A stretch of 64,000 nt of DNA, taken from positions 23,994,001 to 24,058,000 of the forward strand of contig CM060731.1 in assembly GCA_030704615.1 (NCBI GenBank). The letters are read 5' to 3'. Origin of the DNA: Takakia lepidozioides. Its lineage: Eukaryota; Plantae; Bryophyta. A model generated the notes under the pieces. It was not told the DNA's origin. It ran no database searches and was given only the letters and a program-made list of their open reading frames with translations. The position numbers were made by a program, and so were the translations under genes. This document shows, piece after piece, positions 1-15,300 of this stretch (positions are counted from its first letter, which is position 1; each line of letters opens with the position of its first letter).

Positions 1-1705
1 GTGGATCTGGTAGTATCTAGCCCACAATTCTTTGTTGACTTTCAAAGTGCAGCTTTTATAGAGGACTCGTCTCTCAGCTATCTTGAGTTTGATCTTATTG
101 GTCCACTGATTAACAGCTCTACCGCAGACAATTAGTTTCCTCCCAATGATCTTGTCAGCCACAGAGGAGACGAAACTCTCCCAAGCGTCCGCCGCTCTGT
201 CGACTCCATTTCCTGTATGGCCAGGGCGGGACTGAAGATCTTGGAACGGATGGACAAAGTGAGGGAGAGCCTCTTACAAGGCCTGGACATACTCAGCCTT
301 GACCTTTTCATTTTGGAATTTTTTTATGCGCCACTTCTGAATTGAACGTTTCACAGATCTCTTGGTGTTGGGGAAACACCTTTTCATCTCAGTTCAAACC
401 AGGAAGTGATCAGAGGTACCAATATCAGTCTGTCGATCAACACATTGGCACTCTGGGGAAACAAATTCTTGTCCACTATGATGTAGTCCACAATGGATCG
501 TTCCCCAGTTTGGGCTTTCTCACGAAGCCACTGCACTAGGTCTCCTTTTGATCTATTATTCAAGGTCAAAAGCTGAAGTTCTTCCAGACAGTTTATTAAC
601 TGTCTAATGCAACTTGTCCTCACCAAAAGGCCCAATAGTATCATCCTGATGAAGACCTGTACCCACCCAGGCATTGAAGTCACCCAATAAGACAACCTGA
701 CCTTTGGCGAGGAACGTAGCACAGCCCACCTTTACGCCTTCAAAGGCTTTGTCTGTGTCAGCACTAAGGGTCCCCTCTGTGGGCATGTAACCACAACCCA
801 CAAATAGATCCTTCCTACTCAGGCCGCCCTTCAAATTCAGTTTCAGCCAGATACTGTGCCCATACCACATACCCTTGTTGATAATTTCCAATTAGCACAC
901 AAGAAATCACGGACAAAGAAGCCAACATCTTTTTGACCAAGCTGGCAGAGGCCGCCTTCAGTGCACACATCTTACCAAAGCACTCATAACCATTGACATC
1001 TCCAACCAGTTTGTGCGAAGTTTCCTATGTCTCTTGCCCTACACAGATATGAATACCATTTGCCTGAATATTTTGTCCCACTGCAAATTGTTTCCTTTGG
1101 TTAGTCAGCCCAGAGAACTTGAAAGTGCCCAGCCGCAAGCCAGCCCTTGGCATATGGATTGTTTGCCGTCTAGGTAGCCTATGGTTGCTCCTGGACTACC
1201 AACTGATATGCAAAGGGGGGTCAAATTACCCCATGGGTAGATTTTGCTCGTCTTGTGTAAACTTTAAGGATTGGCAAACCATTCAGAGTGCCATATACTT
1301 AAATCACACTACGCTCAGACTCAGCACACATAGGGCCAGCTAGTCTGTCTGGCTGCTTGGTATCAACCTCATCGAGGGCATCAAACTGGTTAGAAAGTTT
1401 CAAGTCGAAGTCCCCACCCTTGGTTGTCTTCGTAGAGCACCTCATTGAATCACCAATGTCTAAGAGCACTCTCCAGCCAGTCAAGGGACAAACTTTGAAA
1501 TTGTTTTGATGTGAGAGTCTATTTGTAGCATTCTTAGACGTTGAAACCTTCACAGTGCCTCCACTATCAAGTCTTGAGGTGGCGTCATTAGCCACAGAAT
1601 CCAATCCTAAGCTGGAGCAGGTAGTTTTAAAGGGATATCGTCCATCCTGGGATTCACCCCAAAAACTACACATGAAGCCCTAGATTTGGCATAAGTAACC
1701 ATATC
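1..1705 (-). mobile_element. Degenerate LINE (non-LTR retrotransposon), APE-endonuclease-encoding 5' part, lying in an intron of the 4CL-like gene
   Basis: Minus-strand frames give APE motifs LRLGTFKFSGL...ICVGQET (1140-1030), VVLLGDFNAWVG (ORF 604-891) and SIVDYIIVD (ORF 384-722), broken by stops and frameshifts. The upstream end abuts a (GA)n-rich tract at 1708-1752. Confidence 0.8.
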
Positions 1706-1874
1706 CCAGAGAGAGAGGGAGAGTGAGACAGAGAGACAGAGAGATGGAGAGACATGGTCTAAAGTCAAGTAGCAGGTTGTTTCCTTGGTTTCTATCAAAC
1801 ATCTTTTCCCTACTGTCTGCATTATTATAAGCTACTTAGAACAGGAGCAAAGACTGACAAGATATTGAATCCAG

Positions 1875-3324
1875 GCTACTTGAACAATCCAGAGGCTACA
1901 GCATCGACACTGGACTCTGAGGAGTGGCTGCACACAGGTGACCTGGTCTACTTTGATGACCGGGGCCTCTTATACATTGTTGATCGTATCAAAGAGCTTA
2001 TCAAATACAAGGGCTTCCAGGTGTTTCTCCTAGCCCCTCTTTCCAGACTTGGACAAATGCCACTTTATATTTGGCTCGAAATGGTTCGTGAGTAAAGTCT
2101 AGGCAAGCAAGCTTGACTCTACCTCTATCTGTGAGCTTTAATTAAATTACAGACTTGCCACAGGTTTGAACATAATTAGCAGGAAAGGTGAGTTAGTGTG
2201 GGATGATGAGACGGCCTTGGGCCCCAGAAGATCAATGTTGCCCAACACTCTCGACATGTTGGACTGAGTTGTCCTTAACTGTATGGTACTGAATTGCCTC
2301 TGTTTTGTCAGAGAGCGCCTGAAGGTTTGTGGTTATAACCTGCCATTGGGCTCCTACACATTGCATCATGTCATAACCATTGGGCAAGCAGATCAAGAGA
2401 GATGAATATTTTAGTATCATGCTGCAGGTTGCACCAGCGGAGCTGGAAGGATTGCTGCTTACTCATCCTCAGATCATGGATGCGGCTGTAGTACCGTATG
2501 TTGAGAACTCCTTTTAACAACTATCCCACTCTCCACTCACCAGATAATTTGAGGATTCATTTTCCTGAGGAAATTCACATCAGTCTGTCCCTTGTGGTTT
2601 CCATGGGGTTAGTTGCATTCCATTGAGTGGGAGAACATCAAGCCACTTGTCATCTATGGCTTATGTACCACACTGTTTTGTTGAAACAAACTGCTTTGAA
2701 AATCTGTGTTGTTTATCCACCGGCATACACAACTGTTTTCTGAGAGGATGGGAGGCTTATGTCAGTATCAAGCTGAGAAAGTTTCATCTCTATGTGAAGA
2801 CAACTTTATGCAGACTAATCATTAATCAGTCACATACATGATGTAACATTTGTGCTACCTCTATGGTGCATTGTGGATGTTGGTACCTGTCAGCCTCGCG
2901 GATGATGAAGCTGGTGAAGTTCCCATAGCGTATGTTGTGCGGTCGCCGGAGAGCAATTTGACTGAACGCGAAGTGAAGAGCTTCATAGCTGAACAGGCGA
3001 GGATCCATTTATAGGCACTTTGTCTTTTGGAACATCACACATGTTGACCTGTTATTTAGAGCATCAAGTTTTCTTTCCAGCATGTCAATTGAGAAGTAAG
3101 TGCAAATTTGTCTGATTTTCCATTTTCCACTGACTAAGCTAAAATTATACAGGACAGAAGAAGAGGTCATTCTATTCTGATGGTGGAGCAAAATATGCTT
3201 TGCCGTGCAGGTTGCATATTTCAAGAAATTACGTCGAGTGACATTCATCTCTTCCATTCCGAAATCAGCATCAGGCAAGATCTTGCGGAGGGAGCTTACA
3301 CAACGAGCAACTGCCAAATTATGA
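1875..3324 (+). CDS. 4-coumarate:CoA ligase-like / peroxisomal acyl-activating enzyme, last four exons (5' part lies outside the window)
   Basis: Exons 1875-2020, 2428-2495, 2894-2996, 3211-3324 splice in frame: GYLNNPEAT...WLHTGDL...[15 protein letters not shown]|[14 protein letters not shown]...|[10 protein letters not shown]...|[10 protein letters not shown]...[22 protein letters not shown]. These are AMP-binding family motifs, and the C-terminal AKL is a PTS1 signal. Confidence 0.93.
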
Positions 3325-4685
3325 GCTGTCTCAAGTCTCACCCATTTGTCGTTGTTTCTTGAGCACCTACTGTGGAACTCAGGGTCATCTTTGTGCTACA
3401 TTGCCACGGAGCTGCACAGGAAATGCTTGTCCTGTGGTGGGCTCCTTTCGCAATCCACTATTGAACTGATCTTGACCCTCTCATCCTTTCTTAAACTCTC
3501 TTTTGTCAGCAGGTATATATGAAAATTTTCTCTGCAACTTTGGTGGCATACCACCCTAACAACTGGGTTGCTAATTCTATAAGCATTATTTTGCAATATC
3601 TGTTATTTTCTTCCTACTAAAATGCAAATTTCACAAAGAGCAGTGTATTACCACCAGTTGGTAGCTCAGTTGGATGGAGCCTCGAGTGCCACCCAGGTGA
3701 TTCAGGGACTGCTATTCCATGAGCTCCCATGAGGCAATGACCGGGCAGCCATGAGCCGCCACTGGACTTATTACCAATGGCGGCATGTTTTTACCAGGAC
3801 AGAAACAATATTATTTTTATATTACTTTGTGGTAATAAAGTTTTGGGTTTCAAAACATTTTTGTGGTCAAGGTCCAAATATTGTGCTCATTGGTTATATT
3901 TTTTGCTCAGAGTACATTACCTCCGCCCATGGTCCGCCGACCCGCACATGGGGAAAACTTGACTACTAGTCCCAATAATCAAAAACTTGACTACTAGTCC
4001 CAATAATCATTTTGCCCATAACGGTATCGCAATAGCCCCATGAAATGCCCTTCCGCGGAATTAGAATAAAAGGTACCAGAGCAGGAATACGTCATGTGGA
4101 CCCTTTGACTGTGGAGAGCAAGCTTCCCACAATGGTTCGTCTTGCCCGATAGAGCACCGAAATTGGGCACCCAAGTCCACAGTGTAGCAAAATTCTTGGC
4201 CGCAGTTGGCCAATAACAGCACCGGATGCTTGATAAAAAAACTGGCCCGGTTAGCATAACGGTGCCAAAGTACCATTGGCAATTGTAAATTGTGGACCCA
4301 CTTCTGTTGTATATGTGCAATAAAGGCTCCGAGATGTGCGAGGAAATTAGTTTTTGTCAACACAACGTGGTGGTGTGGTGGAGCAATAGGGTGGCCAGCA
4401 ATGATGTTCCGTCTTCGTATCTCCCAATCATCATCCTTCATGGATATCATTCTTCATGTATAAGAGAGGACATCCACTACCTCGAGCCTCAGTCTCATTC
4501 CGCTCTATTCGTCACTCCACTGCAAATCTCCTCTTTAGGGAGTGTCTTCTTAGTCTGTCCTCTGGCCATGGCGTGCCCGAACCCTGCTGCATGCGTGTAT
4601 GGAGGGCAGAGGGCACGATAGAGAACCTTGAGACCGAAATCAGGTGACATCATTGTGTTCCTCAATAATAATATTATTATTTAAT

Positions 4686-5025
4686 ATTTGACGCTTCCCG
4701 AAGGAAGCGTAAATAAGCGTAAATTATGGTGTCTCTTCATCCCGAATGGTTATTGCCTTGCCCAATGGTAAGGGCATATACCCTCTTACGAGTGGTTATG
4801 GGTTCAGACCACCCTGTTGGTTGTTACAAAGGTGTCCACCTTCCTACCGAAAAGCAGTAACCCTTCTGGGTCAAGTGACACCATAAGTTACGCTTGCTTC
4901 GGCAACGCGTCCACCTTTTTTTTTTGGCCTTACGCTAGGAAGGCGGACACCTTTGTGACACCAAGGGTGCATTGAACCCACCACCGCTTCCGAGGTGGTA
5001 TGTGCCCATTACCACTGGCTACAAC
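4686..5025. mobile_element. Cluster of three copies of a tRNA-derived SINE family
   Basis: A plus copy at ~4757-4912 (CCCAATGGTAAGGGC...GGGTTCAGACC) and a minus copy at ~4915-5025 (GTAGCCAGTGGTAATGGGCAC...GGGTTCAA, with an A-tail) share ACAAAGGTGTCC(A/G)CCTTCCTA. A minus 3' end lies at 4686-4750. Related copies occur at ~11065-11210 and ~39330-39435. Confidence 0.6.
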
Positions 5026-8000
5026 TTGGTTGTCTGTGTTCCTCAATGGTTACCTAAGGATCCTCCACATAGGTTTCGATGAGAGTTGGGGAGTGGCTGA
5101 AAGACTATCACGAAGTCAGCGGAGGTCGTCTATCGCATATGTGGAACAGATTGCACACAGCCCTATTAGTGGAAGTATTGCCAGTGGGCGTAAGATAATG
5201 ACATACAAGAGTTCTATACTCGTCGACGCACCCACTCACAAACATAGTATGGCAACATTCTCCTAACGTACGAGGATGAGTGGCATGGAACACGAGGCCC
5301 ATAGTGAAACTTTTGTGATGATACCGATGGACATGATATATATATATATATAAGGAAATACCTGGGAGTGACACATCACGATTGTCATTAATCCTTAATA
5401 TTTGACTTTTTCCACTGAGCACAAAAATGCCAATAATTTATGGAAAAATGACAATTTGAAAATTCTGACCGCACATTAGGTGCGTACCAGTGTTGTGCAG
5501 GTAAATCATTTACCTGGATTTACCCAGCATAAATCAGGGTAAGGGTAAATGATTTATTGACCCTCACACTTACCCTTCAGACGGGTAAATAACCTGAGAT
5601 ACCCTTACCCTTGAAGGATAAATAATTTCCATATACCCTTTACTCGTGGGTAAATAGGATAAATAGCAAAAGGCTAAATAAACTCTTCTACATCCCTAAG
5701 TAGGAGGGCCTTCATTCAAGGGTCCCTTGTGCAAACATCCTCCCTCTATCACTATCTCCAAGGGCCTATCATTGTCTTGCGTACCATATAAGGGCTTCAT
5801 CTCTATGAAAAGCTTTGGGTTTGTGTCAAGAGTTTGCTTGGAACAGGCGGGCAATTTTCAATGCTATGAACTCAACTTGGATCTCAAAAGCAGTAGTTTC
5901 GTGGATGAGGCACTCATACATGGTCTTATTTGGCTTTATTTGATTATTATCTTTGGTGTGAAAATCATCTCTCATATTATTCACAACATATGATACAGTC
6001 AGCCTTATATAAACCAAAAAATAGATCAAAAATTGATTATCTGAGGTTAGTAAGAAGCTGTTTATTACTGTTCTCGGGTGGATTGGAAACAAAGCAGTCA
6101 CCGAACTCTATCATCATTCACGAAACCTGCAGGCTTCGATTCAAACTGTATTTCTTGCTAGACAAGAGTGGGGGCTTCGTCTTCCATACGGTAGCCCATA
6201 TCCTTCCGTAGACAGACCAAGTAGCTGGCCATGGTTGAGCATCATTCGCAATTTGCCCCACCCTGATCTGTTTCATGGACACAAGACATGGGCAGTTAGA
6301 GGATTTGAAGCAAATCCTCTTTCATATCAATCTGACTATTGAGACACTCTTGATTGATTATGGGACCGACAAGGTTGGAACACCGGCCCACTAACTGTCA
6401 TCACTGCCGGAACTAGAGGTGGCATCCACAATGCTAGTATTGATGCTATACATAATAACTTCAAAATCCCCATCCCCCCTATCCATAAATGTTTAAAAGC
6501 AATTCACCTCACAACGCTTCGTTCCCTCACCGCTATTATCACCAACAAACGCCAACTGGGATCCAGCTCTACGACAGAACCCTTGGGTACCCAGGGGTAC
6601 GATTGGTACATCTATTTCTACGGTTACCTGGTGTCCTATAGGACACCTGTATTTCTTCTAGGGCCCACCCCCGAAAGGGGGCAGTAGCCGCAAGGTGAAG
6701 TGGCTCTTAGTTACGCCGGCTTCGGCCGGAGTCTTCTCTCAGAGGAGCTCACGCCTCAACACCAGAATTCAAGCACTGAGGTGTGCCGCCTGCATGCCTG
6801 ACCTCCAAATGCCCAAGAAGTACCAAAGTTGGGAGAAATCACACCAAAGAATTGACCAGCCTCTTTTGGATCTCAGCTTTCCTGTCCGCAGTGTGATCAA
6901 TGGAACAGGAGCCTCATTAGTGGTAAAGAATGGTAGTTGAAAGCCTTTTTGATAAGACAGGAAAGAGTGTATCATTTTAAGAATTGAGATATCTCCATAC
7001 TTACTATTGAAGTAGCCAAAAAAGAAGTACTGCGAAGACGGAAAAGAATGTCCAATTGTTCCCAACCAAAAGCAATAGGGACATGCCCTTGAGACAAAAA
7101 CAAAGAAGCAGTGAGATAAATAGGGGAGCTGACAGACTAGGGAATCTGACAAAACTGCAACTCATGTGAACAAACCAAAGCATTGGATTGCTGTGCGTGG
7201 TTTGAGCCAGTGTGACGTACCGGGCTACTCCATCAAATACAATGTATCCAGATGCAGGAAGGTTAGACAAGTGGGTATTTAGGGCAGAGATAGCTCTCCA
7301 GCCGGGACAGACCTCTTCACCAACTTTGCCCATGCTTCATTAGTCTGAGCAATTACCTTTAACGCATATTCCTGGATTACATTCCACTGACATAAATATC
7401 ATTGGCTTGCTTACTCAAGGGGCTTCTGCTGTCAACTGTGCCACATCTAGCAGAAATAGACTGCACACTGCTTTTCCTTCCACTAATCTACAGTCATGCC
7501 ACAATTGCAACTAAGAAATACAAAGCCCAGAACTTCTTTGGAGCACTCTCACCACAAGCACGGTGAAGGACCCATTAGTGCCCAGCTGCTAGAACATCTG
7601 GTGGTTGGATTATGAGACTACGGCAGCCAAATGCAGTTACTTTATATTCTCTCGGGGTTTCAGTGCCAGTTAAACCTCCCCATACAAACCGCAGAACCAC
7701 ACAGATTGTACTCATAAGACGTTGTTTGCCGTAGCCTTGTGGCCATTGACCCTCAGAACCACACAGAGAGAATGCGTAAGGAGAAGAAGTGATGCAAGTA
7801 CCTAAGAACGCCTCATAGGAGAATGGCAGCGCCACAGTGGAGGGCAACGCAAGCATGGCAGCAATCGCTACCTCCTTCGCAGCTGTGTTCAAACTAAACA
7901 AGGTGAATCCTCTTGTGGGTCTCCATCGAAATGGAAGGATGACCAGATTGAATCTGGATAAATGAACCTTCCAGATTTGTAGACTATGTACTGTTGATTC

Positions 8001-8239
8001 CATAAGTGCTACAGGCTTGCCTGAATTCGTTTCTGCAAGAAGCTATGTGTTTAGAAGAGATTTGAAATCAGCTGGGAATAATGCCTACAATGCATGAACT
8101 TGGGATTGTAGGGGGATTATATGCTGCTTCAGTGTTACCACTAGTACTTGTCCTCCCTCCCGCACACAATTCCCTCATGAATGTACCCAAGGCATCCACT
8201 GAACTTCTCAGGGACTTAGAATTTTTTTGAAGTTACAAG

Positions 8240-8301
8240 CGGCTGGAATTCGACCCTGCAACCTACACTCTCAGGTCAGATCTCTCACACCACTGAGCTG
8301 C
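8240..8301 (-). mobile_element. tRNA-derived SINE head
   Basis: The minus strand reads GCAGCTCAGTGG...GGGTCGAATTCC (A-box/B-box-like), without a complete cloverleaf. Confidence 0.45.
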
Positions 8302-9499
8302 ATTCTACATGATGGAACTTTGAATTTAATGTTAGTTATACCCAAAAATGGACTTATGACTGCGTGGGGCTCACCAATACATTGGCGTCGTCGTGGTGAC
8401 CTGTGGTGACCCCAGGAATGTGATGCGCCAGACTAGGGGGGCCAAGTTCAACTCTGGAGCCGGGCGCATCCTTTCCTATTACTTGCCCGAGGGCGTTAGC
8501 CTGCAGCATTTGGGACGAATGACGGCAGAGTAAGACTCAAGGTATGTAATCTTAAACTACAGACCTTGGGTCTTTGTCTGCAGTCCTTGGTCCCAAAAGT
8601 TGCAAGCTAATGCCCTCGTGGCAGAACGCTCAAACATGTATCCCTGCAAGTATCCTTTTGAACTCTGTCTGCCTCATCAACAAGAAAACATCTCAATGAA
8701 TAAATGAACCCCAGTTCCCTATCTTCCTTGCCTACCCTTACAACACACAACCATCACCACAAGTCATATGATTGCAAGATTATGACAAGTTTCAATATAC
8801 TAGATTCAACTCTGGTTTTATCATTCTCTAGGACCTTAAGGATGATCTGAAGGGCCTTCCTATCCTCAGCAATAGACTGAAATTGAAACTTGGGGACAGG
8901 GAGCTAACCTTTGAACAATAAACAGATGCAGAGAGGAAAAGGAGATTGTAATTGACAAATGTGCAGGCAACTTGACAACAATATCAATATCCATTTCCTG
9001 ATACATTCTTTGGGGTATCCTCACGAGAGAGTTACCCTCTTCAGGAACATCAAGAACATGGTTCCTGCACCTCTGTTCACCAGCAAAATCTCTGCTTGGT
9101 GGAACATTCAAAGCAGTTGTATCTCCACAATTCAATCTTTCTACATACACTGGCCTTTGGATGTGTCATAAAATCCACATTACTCATGCATTAATTACAC
9201 AGCAAAAGACTAGAAAATTGCACTGGACATCTTTTGAAGTTCCATCGTGTGTATTCAATCTAGTAAAGTGGACAGCAGTCAGGCCCATTTGGCAGGACAG
9301 CAAATTTGCTTAAGTCCAAATTTGACTCCTTTGAACACATGAACATATGGAAAACACCAACAATCTTACTCATCCTGAAACTCACATTCGCTAGACAAGA
9401 CTATTTCCTGATGCAGATGACCTGAAACTACATCAAACTTCAAGTGCAAAGATGCAGCTTCATGAGGATGTGGCCTTGGCATTGATGGCGTCTGACCAT

Positions 9500-10591
<1,092 letters not shown>

Positions 10592-10665
10592 TGTGGATCC
10601 CCACACAGCAGCACAGCACAGGCAAGCCGCAAAAGACCTTCGTAAAGAGACGACATTGTTACCTC

Positions 10666-10673
10666 AAACCCTA
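10666..10673. promoter_or_regulatory. Telo-box (AAACCCTA) upstream of RPS18
   Basis: AAACCCTA lies ~75 bp upstream of the RPS18 ATG. Telo-boxes are typical of plant ribosomal-protein genes. Confidence 0.55.
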
Positions 10674-11064
10674 GCGAGTCCAGTTGACGGCTTTTGGTTT
10701 TACTTATTTTAAAAGGATGAAAATAGGTTGATTTGGTATATGAAGATCAACTTTTAGGGGGGTCACTTTCTTTGTTTGCTGGGCTTACTTCTCCTTGTTT
10801 GAGGGTTGGTTGTCGGAGATTCATTGTTGATCGCTCATTAAGTTCACGACCAGTGTGTTTTTTTAAGGATTTTGAAAAGGGGTGCGAGTGGCTATATTAC
10901 TGGGAGTAGGGTAGTGCAAGTGGCCCACTCTAGGTAATTTTCCTAGAATTGGTAGGCTACATGTATTCCACTCTTGTGGTATTCTGCGAATCAAATGGAT
11001 GTTGAGGAGCAATAGAAGGCGAAGTATAGAAATAGCTGAAAACCAAAATATATATATATATTAA

Positions 11065-11210
11065 ATATTTGACACCTCCCAATGGAAGCTTAAATTTCTA
11101 AAGGATTAGTGCCTTCCGCTAGGAAGGTGGACAGCTTTGTGACATCAATTGGTGGATTGAACCAAGAACAACTTCAGAGAGGTGGTATGTGCCCATTACC
11201 ACTAGTTGAA
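11065..11210 (-). mobile_element. SINE copy (same family as 4686-5025)
   Basis: Shares TTTGAC..CTCCC, CTAGGAAGG.GGACA.CTTTGTGACA and GGTGGTATGTGCCCATTACCACT with the 4686-5025 copies. Confidence 0.55.
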
Positions 11211-12301
11211 AGCCATAGTAGGCAAATGGAACTCTTTCATATGTGAAAACCACAACTGCAGACTCAAACCTCAAAGCTTTAGGAGCGAGTAGGGCAAGAG
11301 ACGAGCATCTCCATGGAAACTGAGGAGGCCCCACAACTCTAAACCCACTCCTCATCTGGCCCGTTAGATCACCCGTCAGATCACCGTACATGGGGCTCGC
11401 CATAGCCACAATCTGTGCCCCTGGGTCCACAGGCAAGGACCTTTTTGAGACCCTCCAAAACTGCATTATTTGGACGTCATTTTCCCTTTGTTTCATTCGC
11501 CAAGGTGATTTTTAGGCGGCCAAATGACGAAAAATCGCCAATAAAAAAAACGCTGTTCACGATAGGTCCAATCCTAGGGGAGGAGATTACAACGAGTGGA
11601 ACCACGACTACCTAGTCGTAAGGATGCTGATCTCATTACGAATCTAATCTTGTCACTTGGTGATTATATGCTTGTAATGCAAAAGTGTTGACATACAGAT
11701 TCAGAGGGACGTGGAAGGGATTAGTGAAATGTGGCAGACAAGTGCAGCTGTAGACCGGCAGGTGTAGGTTGAAGCAGCGGAGAGAAGAGTAAGGACAGGG
11801 CCTGTATGGTGTCTTGTATGGTGATGACGGGAAGGTTAAGCTGGAAGTATCTGATGAACAAGGTTGAGAAGGTCTAGAGTAATATCCAGGAGTGTGTAGA
11901 TGCATGATCGGTGAACGTTGGATGGCCTAGGGATCTAGGCTGCAGAACTGCGTGTCAGACTTGGTCAGTGTAGATTGTTGAACTGGTAAGGCTGTACATG
12001 GGACGAATGTACGAATGCCCCTTTGTTGATCTCATTTGGTTACTTCCGACTAAACTTGGAATGGAGTTCATGTGACAAGCCCACAGAAAGTACAGCCCCA
12101 TCTTTACACAAATATCAACCCAACACATGCATTTTTATAAATTGAAAGGCAAAACACATTGAGGGCCGTGGCTATACAGTTGGATGGAAGTCCTCTGTCA
12201 TTAAAGTGACTTCACATGAGTACGTTATTGTAACTCTCGCAAGCTAGCACTAAATCAAATGGTCAGGCTTATAGAGATCATCGTAGACACTTTCGTAAAT
12301 T

Positions 12302-15300
12302 TTAAACACTAGAAAATCCATGTCTCATAGCCGCCTCCCACACAATATCAATGCGATCAACGTCAACGGTGCCCACTTCATGATGGGTCCAGCCCTCCAA
12401 GGCATGAATCAGACCTCCAGCATGGCATGCATGTACTGCTCCCCTTGGCATATTCAACTGCGCAAAGCCAAGGGTGCGCATTAACATTCTTCACGTTTCA
12501 TTCCGAAGGAGCAAACTTTGATATGATTATACACATATACAGCTAATTGTCAAACAATCCTCAATGGACTTCCCAAGATCTTAATTTCAACTTCATATCA
12601 GATCACGATTCCTGAAGCTTACATGTCGACAAATTCCAAGAGAAGGTGTAAACTGTCACGTCATAGGTGTGCGGTCTATAAGTCAGGGAAGGAACATTAT
12701 TTTCCGAGTTTTCAGTAACAAGTGATCAGGTGAAGGGATGTGAAGAGAAAAAGTTGAAGAGGGTATACCTCACAAGTGCGGATTCCTCGGACTTGCTTTG
12801 GCAGCCGCATACCTGCCAGTTGTCGATAGGTACAGTCCTTTCGCACCTCACCTATTTGTGGGACCACAAATTGATGGAATTCAGTTCCGGGAGGTGCCCA
12901 CTTTTGGTCTTTAGCCCCAGTCCACTTGCCCACTATCCACGTCTGCCACATCATAAGAACACACCACAGTGAATACTTGCATTTCTAATTAAGATTGCAA
13001 AGAGTTTCAAAACACTTGAACAATTCTGAGAAACGCAGCCTTTACCAAATCTTAGTTTGGTAAGGGGACTCAGGGAGGGAGAAAATCACTCAACTAGACT
13101 GCATTTTGACAGAGGAAATCCAAAATGATCAGAAAAGATCAAAAATCCGCTACAAGAGGCAGCGCAGGTGATATAGAAGGAAGGCAATAACTCATGCCTT
13201 CAATTCTCTACTGGACCTATGTTCAATCACTCATTGAAGGTCCTGCATATGTTAAAGAAAATACTGGAGATTTAAGGTATCAAGGGATGTCCATCATATT
13301 TGGGGGGATCCAGAACCATCGGTTGACCAAATTGCAGTACAGTCCCCAGAATAAACTCCTGAAGGAAACATAGCACTCTCACAAGAGAGGTTGACACGCA
13401 TAACAGGTAGCAGTTCATGTTGATTTATGGGCTGGCAACACCATCTATAATGCAGACTGAGATAACTCAGAAAAAGCTTCAATACCCTAGATAGCCAAAG
13501 AGGCACAGGTGTGTTTGCACTGCCTGTTTTAAGATCAGAGTGATGACGGAGTGTTCAAGTGAAAGCAAGGAAAAAACGAAAGTTTATTGCCACCGGCCCG
13601 AGGAAAAATAAGGAAAAAATTTCGGGGGGAGGGAGAGAGGGACACCTTGCAGTTTTTGCCAGCTTGATATTTGGTAACCTGAACAAGGAAGTGCCTTTTA
13701 TCTTTGGGTGCCTCCTTTGCAATTGCATCAAACCTCTCCTTTGAGCTTGTAAGCATCTGTAAGATATCATTTTAAATAAGAGCCAGCATAGGGACAGCGA
13801 ACTCGAAAGCACAATGAGTGAGAGGGCCAACAAAAGGTCTGAGCAGATAATGAAAACATTGCTCTAGTGTTATATATTAGAATGGGCCATATTCGCAAAG
13901 CACCTGGGCAAACCATTCGCAGTGAACATGATCACCATGAAAGAGGGGCACAACTCCTCAAACCTACCTTTGTTGTCATGTCCAACAGTAACTAAAGGCT
14001 AAATGGATAAACAAACATCTACAGATAGCTTCTGAAGGAGTAGAAGGGCATATGACCAAACTGACCAGCACTGTGACGCCAAGGCGGCAAAGATACAGAG
14101 CAATGGCACGGCCTAACTTTGAAGTAGCTCCAGTCATGAAAACTTCAGTCACCTCCGGCAGATTTTTTATGATGACAGCAGCTGTTAGGGTATTTCCATG
14201 GACCACACAGACCCTCAAGTTTGGGTGCTTTTTCACAAACAGCAATCCTCCTCCATTCAATGCCTCGTTCTGCAAGAACAAATGATTTAATAATGTCTTA
14301 GATTCCTAGGAAGTAACATGCCTACTCTTCCAGCTAAAAATCAGAAGTTATGGATACTGGAAGCAAGACTTCAACAGGCAATTCAAGCCTTCTAGCATAC
14401 CATACACGGATAGAACTTGAAAGAGCAAGTGAAATTATCTGCTTTTTCCCTTTCCCAGCAGCAGAGATGGAGAGAGCGACCTTGTTGAGAGCTGCAAGAC
14501 TGATGACCTTGACTCCTTGAGCATCAGCAGCTAATATGGCTTTCTCAATGTGCCTGTTGATGCTGTCTAACCCGAAGGGCATGAAATACTGCATAACAAA
14601 AGCCCTCACGGTCCTTGAGTATCAGCAGGCTTCCTTCATGGTGCTTATCAAGCTCAAGCAGAACAGTTACACACATGCCTCACATGACATCTAATTGGAC
14701 TAGAACCTGTCAGTGGAAATAACAATGCCCCTAACACGAAAGGTTTTCCAGCAGATGGAAGTCTTTTGACTTATTAACTAGAAGATCAACAAGCTTCAGG
14801 GAAAAGAATGTCATCCATGCCCAAGTTTGTGGCATGGATGACATAGACTCCTATAAACAGGTAGAAATACACTTTTAAGACCATGCTTGCACCGAAAGAT
14901 GAAGGTGAGTGGTGAACAGAAATTCTCCCACCTGGAAACCATGTCTAGGGATGACCCAAGTCATGCAGTTCAAGTTGTTGAGGATGTACTGGTAAGCCAC
15001 AAAAGTTTGTCCCCAGGCCCAAAATGCAAACAATACAACTAGTACGAAGGGCCATAACCACCAAATGAACCAGTGGGCGACGTAAGGGTGAGCTGCCAGC
15101 GTTCTTATGCAGAAAGAAACATGCAGCGATGATAGCACATCAATACAGTGGGCCAGAAACACAAAATCGGGAACCTCCTCAGGCTTCTCTGCAAGCATCA
15201 GCCACCCATCATTCCATAGTGTCACTGTTTGCGAAAAATTAAACAACATAACAATATTCTTGTGCACCAGTGAGCAGCATGAGAAATTGGCTAAACTTTT

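Noticed and set aside
6600-9200. Possible additional gene between the 4CL-like gene and RPS18 (ORFs 7004-7333, 7575-8003)
   Set aside because: No recognisable motifs, and I could not build a consistent spliced reading frame.
11651-12077. Solo LTR bounded by TGTCAC...GTGACA
   Set aside because: No matching target-site duplication; too weak to call.
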